DNA of 64,000 nt from Okamejei kenojei (lineage: Eukaryota), in contig CM069163.1 in the NCBI GenBank assembly GCA_035221665.1, positions 17,484,001-17,548,000 of the forward strand, read 5' to 3'. The notes under the pieces are model-generated. The model ran no database searches, was not told the DNA's origin, and saw only the letters and a list, made by a program, of their open reading frames with translations. Position 1 is the stretch's first letter; the number at the start of each line of letters is the position of its first letter. The position numbers were made by a program, and so were the translations under genes. Shown in pieces: positions 63,745 to 64,000 of the stretch.

Positions 63745-63920
63745 GTAGCTGGTAGATCTGATGCCTCACAATGCCAGACATCCAGGTTTGATCCTGACCT
63801 CAGATGCTGACTGTGTGGAGTTTGCACGTAACTGCATATCCAGGTTTCTTTCCACGTTCCAAACGATGTGTGGGTTGGTTGGCTAATTCGCTTCTGTAAA
63901 TTGTCCCCTGTGTGGGTGAA
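63745..63920 (+). mobile_element. V-SINE (HE1-like)
   Basis: ggtttgatcctgacc...gtgtggagtttgcacgt...tgtaaattgtcccc. Confidence 0.75.
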
Positions 63921-64000
63921 TAGCAGATTCTGAGGGGCGGGGGGGGGTGGGGGGGGGGGGGGGCGGGCATAGTTGATGAGAATAAGGAGAGAGTTTTGAA

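Overview
Eukaryotic (vertebrate) genomic DNA, most likely from a cartilaginous fish (skate/ray), inferred from HE1/V-SINE-, Deu-SINE-, CR1- and Neptune-type repeats. The whole window appears to lie within the 5' part of an SH2D3C (NSP3/CHAT/SHEP1) gene on the + strand. It contains coding exon 2 (4499-5159), a 40-nt exon 3 (20845-20884) and two phase-compatible alternative first coding exons (10373-10413 and 46504-46584). Exon 1 and the SH2/GEF-like exons were not found and presumably lie outside the window. Gene identity rests on my recollection of the human protein, not on a search. The introns are dense with CR1, Rex1/Babar and Penelope-like (PLE, GIY-YIG) retroelement fragments, SINEs and two PIF/Harbinger-type MITEs. 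The most notable non-genic signal is about 20 short PLE-derived elements, many of them fold-back and TSD-flanked, that carry a minimal hammerhead-ribozyme-like core (CTGAAGA-A-stem-GAAACGTC). Most ORFs in the supplied track are spurious. Repeat boundaries are approximate unless a TSD is given.
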